Positions 35,901 through 44,091 are shown, counted from the first letter of the stretch. The stretch is DNA of 64,000 nucleotides from Candidatus Poribacteria bacterium (GCA_965223985.1 OZ245030.1:1810964-1874963), one strand, 5' to 3'. Made by a program: numbers and translations. Notes: a model not told the origin generated them from the sequence alone.

Positions 35901-38900
35901 GAGGTTTGGGAGACGGTTGCCTTGAGAGGTCGCTTCGCGCAGCGGGATACTCAGGAACGTCCAGCCACTCCGGTTACGCTTTTTAATCCACTCCTCCGGA
36001 ATATCGTTCAACGGGATAGCAATCTCGAGGTAAGCGTCAATTGTGTCCAGTACCCCATCGCCGTTGAGATCTTCAGTATCGAACTCTTTATTGTCCGCGC
36101 CAAATCGCCTCGGTTGAAGCGAAGCATTATAATCCCATCCTTCATCCTCGCCGGTGTCGAGCGATCCATTCGCACTGAATTTTTGAGATGGGAGCAAATT
36201 TTCCAAATCGAGGTCTAGCGTATCAGCTTTCCCGTCCCCGTTCGTATCTTCCAGATTTTTCGGAAGATCCTCGGAATCGAGTCGGTTGTCAAGATCGCTG
36301 TCCTCGCTGACAACGCCGAGATTGAGATATAACGTAACATCATCATCACCACGCACACGCAGCCAAATCTCCAATGCCTCTCGATCGGAAAAGTCAGCCC
36401 CTGAGGCTGAAAGTCCATAAGAAAATCCACCCCACTCTTCAATGACATCCGTGAAATTATAACCGACTTCCATGACAAGGCGCTGCTCCGTCGATAGTGC
36501 GAAGGGGTTGATGGAAGATGCCGGCACGTCACGGTTCCGCATGTAATTGCCGACAGCTTTGGCATCGTCTTTATCTCTTAGAAGGACGCGAAAGAGGGCG
36601 CGATTCTCCGGCGTCAACTCTTCTATGAATGGCGGACTGCAGACGCGCCAACTATGCTTAAAGGTGGAGACGCTTGTCGCTTCTCTCGCGCCTTCCATGC
36701 TATCAATCAATGCGACGCCGACGCTGTTGGGGTTGTTGTGAGAGAATGCTGTCTCGCCACTGAAATCAATCGACAATGGAAAGTGCTTCACGGCAACAAA
36801 CGGCATTGGATTCAACAGCCACGCCAGGTTGAAGCTTCGTCCGAAGCTCGTATTGATGTTAAAAGCTTGCAAACGATTAGGGGCATCGTTCACATCAGGA
36901 ATACGACTCGGTTTTTGCCCTGTGTTTAGAATATAGCCTGTTGAGAGGCTAAATCCTTTTCGGAAAACCGGATTAAAATAGGAACTTGCGCCCGTGTGAA
37001 GTCGTCGTCGGGAACTTCCACCCAAGTTTGAGTAATCGCCGCCAAATCCACCTCCAAAGTTACTACGCCCGAATTGATCGCCAGATCCGCCAAAGGAAGT
37101 TCCCCTCTCCAAGCGATTGCTCTCTTCATGTCTATCAAGCCCGCCGCCTAACCGATTAAATCGATCGGATTGATCCTGTTCATCAGGTGTCTTCGACTTG
37201 GGAACGTAGGCATATTCCAACCAAACTCCAGCGATAGTTTGCTGTAACGCGCTGCCGAAAGGGGTGCGCTCAAATTCAACTTCGATTTCGTCATATTCAT
37301 CGAATTTAGTAAAGAAGCGGAGGCTCCCCACCTCATATATCATTGTGTAATCAATATCACGCTGGAGTTCGCGCCCGTTGAGGCGCACTTTTTCACTGCC
37401 CGGAATCACGAAGAGACCCACGTTATGGGTTTCAGATAGGTAGGCGTAATCGCACACAATTGTATACACCTGATCGGTAGGGCGCGGATTTTCAAGGTAG
37501 ATCTGTTCGTTGTTCAGTTGCTCACGGAACGGGTAGTAAGGGTTAGTTGGATCCTCAATCACAAACGGTCGCAAGGTAGGAAAGATTAAGAGACCGCGAT
37601 CAAAATCAATAAACTCCGGATCGACAACTCCATCCCCGTTCTTGTCTAGTCCGAAGATTTGAATATAAGGAATCGGCCCGTCAGGCGTCTCGAACGCTTC
37701 ACTGCCGCCCTGCTGCAAGATTGCGATTTGATAATCGCGAGGGTTGACATTTCGGTTGCCAAGATTGTACACGCGCCGAGCTTCAGTTCCACGTAAGCTC
37801 TTATCTTTGAGAACGACGTAACCAATTTCTTCGCCCTCTTCATCAATGGAGCCATCGCCGTTTTCATCTTCAAAGACATTCCCCGGCTTACCTACCGCTC
37901 CACCGCCATTCCCAAGATACTCGTAGGCGACGACAATCCGGTAACTCGCCGAAATTGGCGTTAAGAATTCAATCTCTCCCGTTTCATAGTCGATGTTATA
38001 GTCTTGGCCCGGGAATTGGAGGTTGAAATATCCCTGCACTGTCCGCTGTCCGCCTTGGTTATTGCCCGCGACGTTATCATCAATGTAGATTTCTTCACTC
38101 CCTTTTTTGATTTCAGGATAGGAATCGTGAAGTAAACCATCTTCTCCCAGTGAGATTGAGTAGAAACGCTCTTTAACGTAGTTTGCATCGGAAATCTGGA
38201 CACCTCCGCCATATCCCGATCCCGCACGCCTTGATTGCCCACTGAAGCGACGTGTCTCAGAAATGCCCTTACTGCGCGAACCAAACGCTGTCATTTTGAC
38301 ATCACCAAGCGCCGCTACCGCTTCGAGCCCGAATAAATTCCGGTTGACGTTCAAAAAACGGGTATTGGGAAGATTCAGCGTAATATCGCCGAAGGAGAGA
38401 GTTTTGAGGATGCTGTCCTGTCCGCCTTCGTACCAAACGCGAATTTTCTGTTCCTTTGCGCCGCCGAATCCGCCGCTATAGCCGCCGTACCCGCCATAAC
38501 CGCCGCCCAATGCATCGCCAGAATCGCTATAATCGACCTCGACGTGTGTATGTTTCCCGACACGACCGTGTAGACCAACTTGGAGGGTTTGTCGGATGGT
38601 CGGCCCGGAGGCGCGAGGTACACCCCCAAAGCGAGTCGTTCCAAACCCGCCAAATCCACTGCCGTAGCCCCCACCGTAACCGGCACCCCCATAGCCTCCG
38701 CCGAACCCACCCCCGAAATCGTCATAACTATCGTAGCTGTAAGAAGAGGTCAATCCAAGATCGAGTCCAGAACCTAAACCGCCTTGGTATGAACCACCGA
38801 AACGGTTAATGTCGCCCTGACCGAAGTAGTGCGTATGATTCATTTCAACGGTCACCGATTTATGTCCTGTGATCTGGAGGGTAGAATTCAGGGGCAACAC

Positions 38901-39401
38901 TAACCCTTTCTCTTTCTTTCCTGGCTTGCTCTCGCGCATACGGTACAAATCTCGAGGTTCAATCGTAAAGGGCGAATCCTTCCACCGCCGCAACGCTTCA
39001 AGGTATGGCGTCACCATCTCTAGGGTCGGTTCTTTTTTCGGTGTGGATGCGAGTCTTGCGTCTACTTTCCAAGGATCCACCCATGTTTCGCTCGCGGGTT
39101 TATGCTTTCTGAAAAAATCGAGAGCGGACGATGAACTTCCCGAAGATAAATCAAAATCCTGCATCACTGATTCACTAGAACCCTCGCCTTCAACGGTTTG
39201 TGCCGCGCCCTCAGATTTTTCCTCTTTGTCCTTTGACAGCGCCGATCGGAGTTCTAAATAGCGATGTGTTAACGCAGCATCTTTGCGGACAGGCTCCGCG
39301 TAGGCATGGGAGGAAGCGGAGATAACGAAAATCACTCCAAATGCGATAAGCGCGAAGCGTTGAAAGATATGAATCGTGATGGGTTTTACTCTTGTCTTCA
39401 T
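32934..39401 (-). CDS. sprA: giant outer-membrane protein, SprA/Sov-like (putative type IX secretion translocon)
   Basis: 2155 aa with a signal peptide. Blocks recalled from SprA: LFGLEAVAALGDVKMTAFGSRSKG, LNLGVVSEDSDLD, EDLNGDGVLDTIDAYLEIAIPL, SGWTFLSIPL, VQHLRFWL, IEWASIELVGNQW. A long beta-rich C-terminal half ends in ...VTVRGEFQ. The family call is from memory of motifs, not from an HMM. Confidence 0.55.
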   Translation of the reverse strand: MKTRVKPITIHIFQRFALIAFGVIFVISASSHAYAEPVRKDAALTHRYLELRSALSKDKEEKSEGAAQTVEGEGSSESVMQDFDLSSGSSSSALDFFRKHKPASETWVDPWKVDARLASTPKKEPTLEMVTPYLEALRRWKDSPFTIEPRDLYRMRESKPGKKEKGLVLPLNSTLQITGHKSVTVEMNHTHYFGQGDINRFGGSYQGGLGSGLDLGLTSSYSYDSYDDFGGGFGGGYGGAGYGGGYGSGFGGFGTTRFGGVPRASGPTIRQTLQVGLHGRVGKHTHVEVDYSDSGDALGGGYGGYGGYSGGFGGAKEQKIRVWYEGGQDSILKTLSFGDITLNLPNTRFLNVNRNLFGLEAVAALGDVKMTAFGSRSKGISETRRFSGQSRRAGSGYGGGVQISDANYVKERFYSISLGEDGLLHDSYPEIKKGSEEIYIDDNVAGNNQGGQRTVQGYFNLQFPGQDYNIDYETGEIEFLTPISASYRIVVAYEYLGNGGGAVGKPGNVFEDENGDGSIDEEGEEIGYVVLKDKSLRGTEARRVYNLGNRNVNPRDYQIAILQQGGSEAFETPDGPIPYIQIFGLDKNGDGVVDPEFIDFDRGLLIFPTLRPFVIEDPTNPYYPFREQLNNEQIYLENPRPTDQVYTIVCDYAYLSETHNVGLFVIPGSEKVRLNGRELQRDIDYTMIYEVGSLRFFTKFDEYDEIEVEFERTPFGSALQQTIAGVWLEYAYVPKSKTPDEQDQSDRFNRLGGGLDRHEESNRLERGTSFGGSGDQFGRSNFGGGFGGDYSNLGGSSRRRLHTGASSYFNPVFRKGFSLSTGYILNTGQKPSRIPDVNDAPNRLQAFNINTSFGRSFNLAWLLNPMPFVAVKHFPLSIDFSGETAFSHNNPNSVGVALIDSMEGAREATSVSTFKHSWRVCSPPFIEELTPENRALFRVLLRDKDDAKAVGNYMRNRDVPASSINPFALSTEQRLVMEVGYNFTDVIEEWGGFSYGLSASGADFSDREALEIWLRVRGDDDVTLYLNLGVVSEDSDLDNRLDSEDLPKNLEDTNGDGKADTLDLDLENLLPSQKFSANGSLDTGEDEGWDYNASLQPRRFGADNKEFDTEDLNGDGVLDTIDAYLEIAIPLNDIPEEWIKKRNRSGWTFLSIPLREATSQGNRLPNLGFVQHLRFWLRKNNPGTVNGTIEWASIELVGNQWQQGVVTRQGNVVTDTTEVFTVATKDNYNFHDYQDAYDQIKDNKAFKKLHPFVSSSVFGFQQEQREQTLALNYNLLPGSFGVTSQKLRGLRQGEGQDFSKHDKLKLWIYGDKSHSTFVMRLAPSIRTNYRSSFYSSNPFDDPKQQPEEGVNIFENLNDFYEYTRVIDFEGWELIEIDLEDVKRNEYPDLDLPAQQEQVSPDSPGEEMEEQTDSNNTDGHPDGFVIRGTNSSQLSIKSIGGILVGIRNDSEYEVGGEVWVNEIHLSNPLVRSGWARRANMSIELGPILSVRGGFARQDKDFESSSGETGRQRRQDLGFSTTSNDYNVDANLHLFRWLPITYSIREQESETESRRGSFSSFQSGKSRTHNRDLSARFNPHRFSPALGFAYNRQNFWNERQGTEISDLYTSTFQYGIGQIFGLDVQYRHEDVEVDPSTATVTGGSSFSSSGYGYGRNRDEKLDSGSISLNISPVASFSLNPTYEIRRTLERRDDNLKGASGFSPASFGTPFQTTPTTTDLTMTTEPESTEPKPEFTIGGREHRLSLNPRLNRDFFGMRPTITNRISFRENWFHDQKNARINANIRFGLSMRPRVWFGWLFRDSDIEEVDEGESQGSLDSFEEEVQLEEKRQRELEQLERMDVDMEMIEEAESQRGDWISRDKAELERKLKERKGKQGKGEFSLLRRSMESLALNADVSFDTQDSLQRLPPGTSIRDILELPDDTEERTQSRQRNRYGLRASVDPWTRVSLGTNISRNNGFTKSLSTSSDNQSTSYEGDIKLFNASNTSSFQLRHRYTQREQSNINTTINESVSQEPSISWSQSLGVSTKATLGVRMTMRDEERSSISGSTLIITPNLSIDYRLRLEGGLPIPILGRIPLKHDLNLTNTFSTVIRREKRGANREERSERYETTLRTRYNLSTRLSANLNLGLSYNNDHVEEGQDFLSIASSVTVRGEFQ

Positions 39402-39552
39402 AAACTCTAAGAAGTAGAAAATGCTGTTAGCTTGTGTCCTACGGCTTTCGATGAATTGATTATCATAAGGCTAGGGATTAAACGAGAAAATTAAAGGGCT
39501 AGTTTACGGCGGGAACAGAAGATTCGGAGGTTAGCGAGGCAATCTGTCCTCC

Positions 39553-39581
39553 TTGATGCCCTCAAGCGATTGTGGTAGAAT
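39553..39581 (+). promoter_or_regulatory. sigma70-like promoter (TTGATG-17 nt-TAGAAT)
   Basis: ttgatg 39553-39558, 17-nt spacer ending in tgg, tagaat 39576-39581. About 215 nt upstream of the sigma-factor stub. Confidence 0.45.
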
Positions 39582-39802
39582 CTCTGTTCTTAGTTGAAGC
39601 ACGAGACTCAACCGCCCGTGGAGATGACTGAAGATGTGATATTTGATAAGCCGTTTAATTTCGTGATCCCAACCCAACTATGAACTGGTAGAACATTCGC
39701 AAGGTTTTTGTGTACAGAATCCTAAACACAACAAAAGAAAAACAGAATCAAGCGAACCTTTGTCTCCTGAGATCCGCCTTGTAGTGTAAAGAGGTAGTAA
39801 TA

Positions 39803-39970
39803 ATGAGTCGAATCCCAGACAGAGAACTGATTAAACGGAGTATCGATGGTGATAGCCAAGCTTTCTCGACCCTGATAAAGCGCGTTGAGACACCTCTGGT
39901 GAGGCTTGTCAGGTCCGAAATCCCTGACGCTGTGGGATATTGGAAACGGGGAAATAATCCGGACACTTGA
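39803..39970 (+). pseudogene. ECF sigma-factor N-terminal fragment (region 2 only)
   Basis: MSRIPDRELIKRSIDGDSQAFSTLIKRVETPLVRLVRSEI matches the ECF sigma70 region 2 start. The frame then runs 15 more codons to a stop with no region 4. The WD40 frame opens at 39906 in the +1 frame. Confidence 0.6.
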
Positions 39971-40325
39971 GAAAGTTACAGGGCATAATTTGAATATTAG
40001 TTTATTCAGAGGGGATACTGTAGTCTGCTCATCCGAAGGGCACTACCTTGTGATTAGTTTTTTGATAATTAGTGGGCAAGAAACAGTCAGGCTGTGGAAT
40101 GAGGGGAGTATCGCCGACTTCGTCCCAGAAGAGCCTGTAATTTCTGGGGCGGTATCACCGGATGGTCAACTTTTGGCAACTAGCGGGTGGGATAGAATAG
40201 TCACAATCTGGAATGTAGAAACCCAGACAGCCTTTCGTACACTAAATGGCCATACAGGAGAAATCCGCGCGCTCGCGTTTTCGCCCGATGGAAAACTTTT
40301 GGTAAGCGGAGGAGCGGACAATTAG
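39906..40325 (+). CDS. WD40-repeat protein fragment (probably decayed)
   Basis: Begins in mid-blade (LTLWDIGNGEIIRTL). The middle is degenerate, followed by two good blades (SPDGQLLATSGWDRIVTIWN, SPDGKLLVSGGADN). Ends at a TAG that is in frame with the next ORF. Confidence 0.55.
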   Translation: MSGPKSLTLWDIGNGEIIRTLEKVTGHNLNISLFRGDTVVCSSEGHYLVISFLIISGQETVRLWNEGSIADFVPEEPVISGAVSPDGQLLATSGWDRIVTIWNVETQTAFRTLNGHTGEIRALAFSPDGKLLVSGGADN

Positions 40326-40841
40326 ATGGAATTTCCAGAAAGTGTAGCTAGAAACACAGACGGTGAATTTGTGATTAGGATGAAAGACGGTGTAACTCAT
40401 TATTTTACCCCTGATGAGAACTATATTGACAAGACCGCCAAAGTTTGGGAAATCACGACGGGCAAGAATATTGCCACGCTCGAAAACCCATCGCAGGTTA
40501 GAGAGGTAGCATTTTTATATGATGGACACCACGTCGCCACTGCTGCGGACGGACATGTTAATCTGTGGTGTACAAAGGCATGGCAAAATATAGCTACACT
40601 TGATGCCAGAAAGGTTGAATCTCTTGCGTTTTCGCCGGATGGAACCTACCTCGCCACCGGCGGAACTTGGCGGAAACAAACGATTGGACTGTGGGATGTG
40701 AAAACAGGGAACCTCATTGCTGAATTTTCAGGGCATAAGAGTAAAATCAAATCTCTCGCTTTTTCCCCCGATGGTCGTCTGCTTACAAGCGGCAGCTTTG
40801 ACAGCACTATCCTGCTGTGGGATATAACACCGTACTCCTAA
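40326..40841 (+). CDS. WD40-repeat protein fragment (continuation after in-frame TAG)
   Basis: The ATG immediately follows the TAG in the same frame as 39906. Blades KTAKVWEITTGKNI, SPDGTYLATGG...LWDV, SPDGRLLTSGSFDSTILLWDI. Confidence 0.6.
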   Translation: MEFPESVARNTDGEFVIRMKDGVTHYFTPDENYIDKTAKVWEITTGKNIATLENPSQVREVAFLYDGHHVATAADGHVNLWCTKAWQNIATLDARKVESLAFSPDGTYLATGGTWRKQTIGLWDVKTGNLIAEFSGHKSKIKSLAFSPDGRLLTSGSFDSTILLWDITPYS

Positions 40842-40865
40842 CATGGTAAACTTCAAGCCTGCCCG

Positions 40866-42821
40866 GTGTTCAACGGAAATATGCCAATCGACCGCACCCA
40901 TTTTTTGGGAAAAGGGTTTTGGATGGAAAATCAACTCCTACAGACAGCACAAGGTGTAGACATAAACAGTGATGTCACCACTGGGGCATTACCAGAGGGT
41001 GCGATTGCTAGATTGGGGCGAGGATGTGTGCATGATATGGCATTTTCTCCGGCTGGGGAATATCTCGCTATCGGGAGTCGAATAGGACTCTGGTGGTACA
41101 AACTGCCCTCTCTGTATCCTATCGCGCTGTGGGAAACAGAACGGGGGTTGGTTTCCGCTGTTGCCTTTTCTCCCTGTGGCAAGCGGCTTGTCACGGGGAA
41201 TTGGGATGGAGATATTAAAGTGTGGAATGTTCAGCAGGCAGAACTCTTGGTGAAACTAAAGATTTCGAGTCTCACCGACAAAAAGGTGCCCGTGAAACAG
41301 GTTGCTTTCTCCCCCGATGGGCGATGTCTTGCAGTCTCTGGAAGTGAGGATGTTGTTTACGTATGGCGTCTCGAAACCGGCGATCTGATTGCAAATATCA
41401 CCGGAGAAGTTGAAAACAAACCATGCCCATGGTCATCCATTATACCGCTCTCCTTTTCGCCAGACGGTTGTCTCCTAGCCTCCACAAATTTTGATTACAC
41501 CGTTTCGGTATGGAATATGGCGGAAAATGAGAGAATTGCCTGCCTCACCGGACATACGAGCTGGGTGTATTCTGTCTGCTTTTCACCGTGTGGACAGTTT
41601 CTCGCATCAGGTGACCGAGAGGGCACGTTACGGGTGTGGGATTTCATCAGGGGTGTGCAAGAGATGGTGTCCTCTGAATATGCGACGTATCGAGCGATGC
41701 CATTTTATTCACCATCCGGCGCGCTGCTCGCCGCGGGAAGTTATGAGGACAAGGTGGTGATTTGGGATGTGTCTCAACAAGAAAAACTTGGCACCTTTGT
41801 ACATCGTGGGTTCGTCACTACCGCACGTTTTTCGGGCTGCGGGACGCAATTGGCTGTCGCGAGCTCACGCGAGCTAAAAGTGTGGACCGTTGACAACCCT
41901 TCCACAGTTTCGTCTGTCCCTGGACATACCGGCGTTCCCTTTTCAATGACGTTTTCACCAGATGGGAAGACTTTGGCGAGTCTAGAGGGAAGCAATGTCT
42001 TATTTTGGGATGTTGCGTGTAAGCGTTTGCGGGCAACATTCGAAAAAAATACCGGTATCCGTTCGTTTGTGTATTTGGCTTCCGGAAAAATGCTCACTGC
42101 CAGTACGTGCGATACCACTGTCACGGTGTGGGACGTTGGGAAATCGGGTAAGCTGATTGCCGAGTTCACGGAACATCAGAAACGGGTGCGTGTTGTGACG
42201 TTCTCGCCTACAGGCAACCGGATGGCGACTGTAGATGTAGAGGGAAAGTTCTATGTGTGGGATGTCCAGTGTTGCCAAAAGCTCAGTACGCTCAAAGGAG
42301 ATACGGATGGGATTCGGTCTGTGGTGTTTAGCCCGGATGGAAAACAGTTGGTGAGTGCGTCCGAGAACAAAACCGCCCTGCTATGGGATGTTGAGCGCGG
42401 TGAAGAGATCGCCTCTTTAGCAAACAAGGTACCCTCACGCCGCTCAATAGAAACGATAGCGTTTTCACCATGTGGCAATATAATTGCCGCTGGCCTTTAT
42501 AGCGAACTCCGACTGTGGTCGGTCAAAACTCGTGAAACGCTTTACTCAATACAGCCTCCGCAGGGATGTCAGTGGCCCTTTGCATTGGCATTTTCGCCGT
42601 GTGGGCGGTATCTCGCTTCCGGTGCGTGGCACATCCCAAAGATGTCCAAGGAAAAGGTTTCTATCCGTTTATGGGAGGTTGCGAGTGGTGAGAATATAGC
42701 GACCCTTTGGGGGCATCCGACCGACGTTCAGTCGCTCGCCTTTTCGCCAGATGGCGAACTTCTCGCCAGCGGAAGTTTTGACGGGACCATCCTGCTGTGG
42801 GATGTGAGTTCTTACTTGTAA
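40866..42821 (+). CDS. WD40-repeat protein (about 14 blades)
   Basis: 651 aa of tandem units (FSP(D/C)G..LA(S/T)G..D.T(V/I)..W(D/N)V). The C-terminus SGSFDGTILLWDVSSYL parallels that of 40326-40841. Start uncertain. Confidence 0.85.
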   Translation: MFNGNMPIDRTHFLGKGFWMENQLLQTAQGVDINSDVTTGALPEGAIARLGRGCVHDMAFSPAGEYLAIGSRIGLWWYKLPSLYPIALWETERGLVSAVAFSPCGKRLVTGNWDGDIKVWNVQQAELLVKLKISSLTDKKVPVKQVAFSPDGRCLAVSGSEDVVYVWRLETGDLIANITGEVENKPCPWSSIIPLSFSPDGCLLASTNFDYTVSVWNMAENERIACLTGHTSWVYSVCFSPCGQFLASGDREGTLRVWDFIRGVQEMVSSEYATYRAMPFYSPSGALLAAGSYEDKVVIWDVSQQEKLGTFVHRGFVTTARFSGCGTQLAVASSRELKVWTVDNPSTVSSVPGHTGVPFSMTFSPDGKTLASLEGSNVLFWDVACKRLRATFEKNTGIRSFVYLASGKMLTASTCDTTVTVWDVGKSGKLIAEFTEHQKRVRVVTFSPTGNRMATVDVEGKFYVWDVQCCQKLSTLKGDTDGIRSVVFSPDGKQLVSASENKTALLWDVERGEEIASLANKVPSRRSIETIAFSPCGNIIAAGLYSELRLWSVKTRETLYSIQPPQGCQWPFALAFSPCGRYLASGAWHIPKMSKEKVSIRLWEVASGENIATLWGHPTDVQSLAFSPDGELLASGSFDGTILLWDVSSYL

Positions 42822-43157
42822 AATGAAACTGCCTGATACAACTGCTACAGGCATCGCACGCATCCAAACAAAACCATTGGCGCGATGGACTAATAAAAAA
42901 AGATTACCAACAGCAGCCGAGCAGGAGATTAATTAACTTTCAACTGTGCGAATTTACGAATTCGTGGTATAATCTACGAAGCGTGTGAGTTCTTGTGCAA
43001 ATGATGAAAGTGAGATTAAAACGAGCTTTGTTTCCTGATAATATCTACTCCTCGTGATAGGAGTTTATGTGAAAGCTGCTCAAATTGTTGCGCCGCGTCA
43101 ATTTGAAATCGCCGACATAGACGCACCCGACATTTCCTCCGAACCTGAGAAGGGGCA

Positions 43158-44036
43158 GTGCTTATTAAAGCCCATCTTAGCGCAATCTGCGGTACGGATA
43201 TGCCGTGTTTTGCCATCGAACACCCGGCGTCCAATTATCCATTTGCACCTGGGCTGTCCATGCATGAGTGCATCGGTGTGATAGCCGCAAGTAAATCGGA
43301 TCGCTTCAAGGAGGGCGACGCTGTGCTTGCTCTACCGCATGAAATGCGTGGACTCTCTGAATACTTCCTGTCGCATGAAGATTTGACCGTCCCTCTGCCA
43401 AAATTCGATCGTGACGATTGCATTTTAATGTCGCAACCGCTCGGCACTGTCATCTGGGCATGCCAGAAGCTAAGCAATCTGCTGCATCAGGATGTTGTAG
43501 TTATGGGTCAAGGCCCAATGGGATTGCTCATGGTGCATATGTTGAGTAATCTTGGCGCGAAAATGATTATAGGGACAGATTTGCTCGATTATCGCCTAGC
43601 CGTTTCAGAAAGGATGCGTGCCACCCACACAATCAACGCGAGCAAGGAAGATCCGGTTGCCCGTGTTGCGGAGTTGACAGATGGCAGGATGGCGGACCTT
43701 GTAGTTGAGGCGGTGGGACACCAGACGGAGACAATCAATCAGTGCCTGAATCTCGTGAAGCAAGGCGGGACAATTCTTGCGTTTGGTGTGCCTGATGATG
43801 ACATCTACGACTTCCATTTCGGCGACTTTTTCAAGAAAAATGTTCGTTTCATCGCATCCGTTGGACCGGATGTTCAAAAGGATTACCCGCTGGCAATGGA
43901 CATGATCTCGCAAGGACGAATTGATGTTTCGCCGATCATCACACACCATCTTCCGTTTACTGAAGCACAACGGGCGTTTGAATTGTCGTTATATAAAAAA
44001 GATGGTGCAATCAAGATCGCCCTAGAATATGATTAA
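43158..44036 (+). CDS. zinc-type MDR alcohol/polyol dehydrogenase, N-terminus displaced by a frameshift
   Basis: ICGTDMP, HECIGVI (GHE-like), and a GQGPMGL Rossmann motif. The expected first ~30 aa (VKAAQIVAPRQFEIADIDAP...EKGQ) are encoded from GTG 43069 (after AGGAG) in a different frame, which implies a 1-nt deletion near 43157. Confidence 0.75.
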   Translation: MLIKAHLSAICGTDMPCFAIEHPASNYPFAPGLSMHECIGVIAASKSDRFKEGDAVLALPHEMRGLSEYFLSHEDLTVPLPKFDRDDCILMSQPLGTVIWACQKLSNLLHQDVVVMGQGPMGLLMVHMLSNLGAKMIIGTDLLDYRLAVSERMRATHTINASKEDPVARVAELTDGRMADLVVEAVGHQTETINQCLNLVKQGGTILAFGVPDDDIYDFHFGDFFKKNVRFIASVGPDVQKDYPLAMDMISQGRIDVSPIITHHLPFTEAQRAFELSLYKKDGAIKIALEYD

Positions 44037-44091
44037 CGCACCCGATATGCAAGGAAGGGAGGAAGAGTCGGTCGGAAGCGGAGAGACAGAC

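Noticed and set aside
33049-39261. Numerous 60-205-aa ORFs on both strands within the giant gene (for example 35601-36218 (+), 38375-38725 (-))
   Set aside because: All are nested in the uninterrupted 6.5-kb frame, which has a signal peptide and conserved SprA-like blocks. Their products are low-complexity.
40323-40325. TAG decoded as pyrrolysine or programmed read-through
   Set aside because: No pyl genes are visible in the window, the surrounding blade is interrupted by a non-WD insert, and neighbouring genes are also decayed. A nonsense mutation is the simpler explanation.
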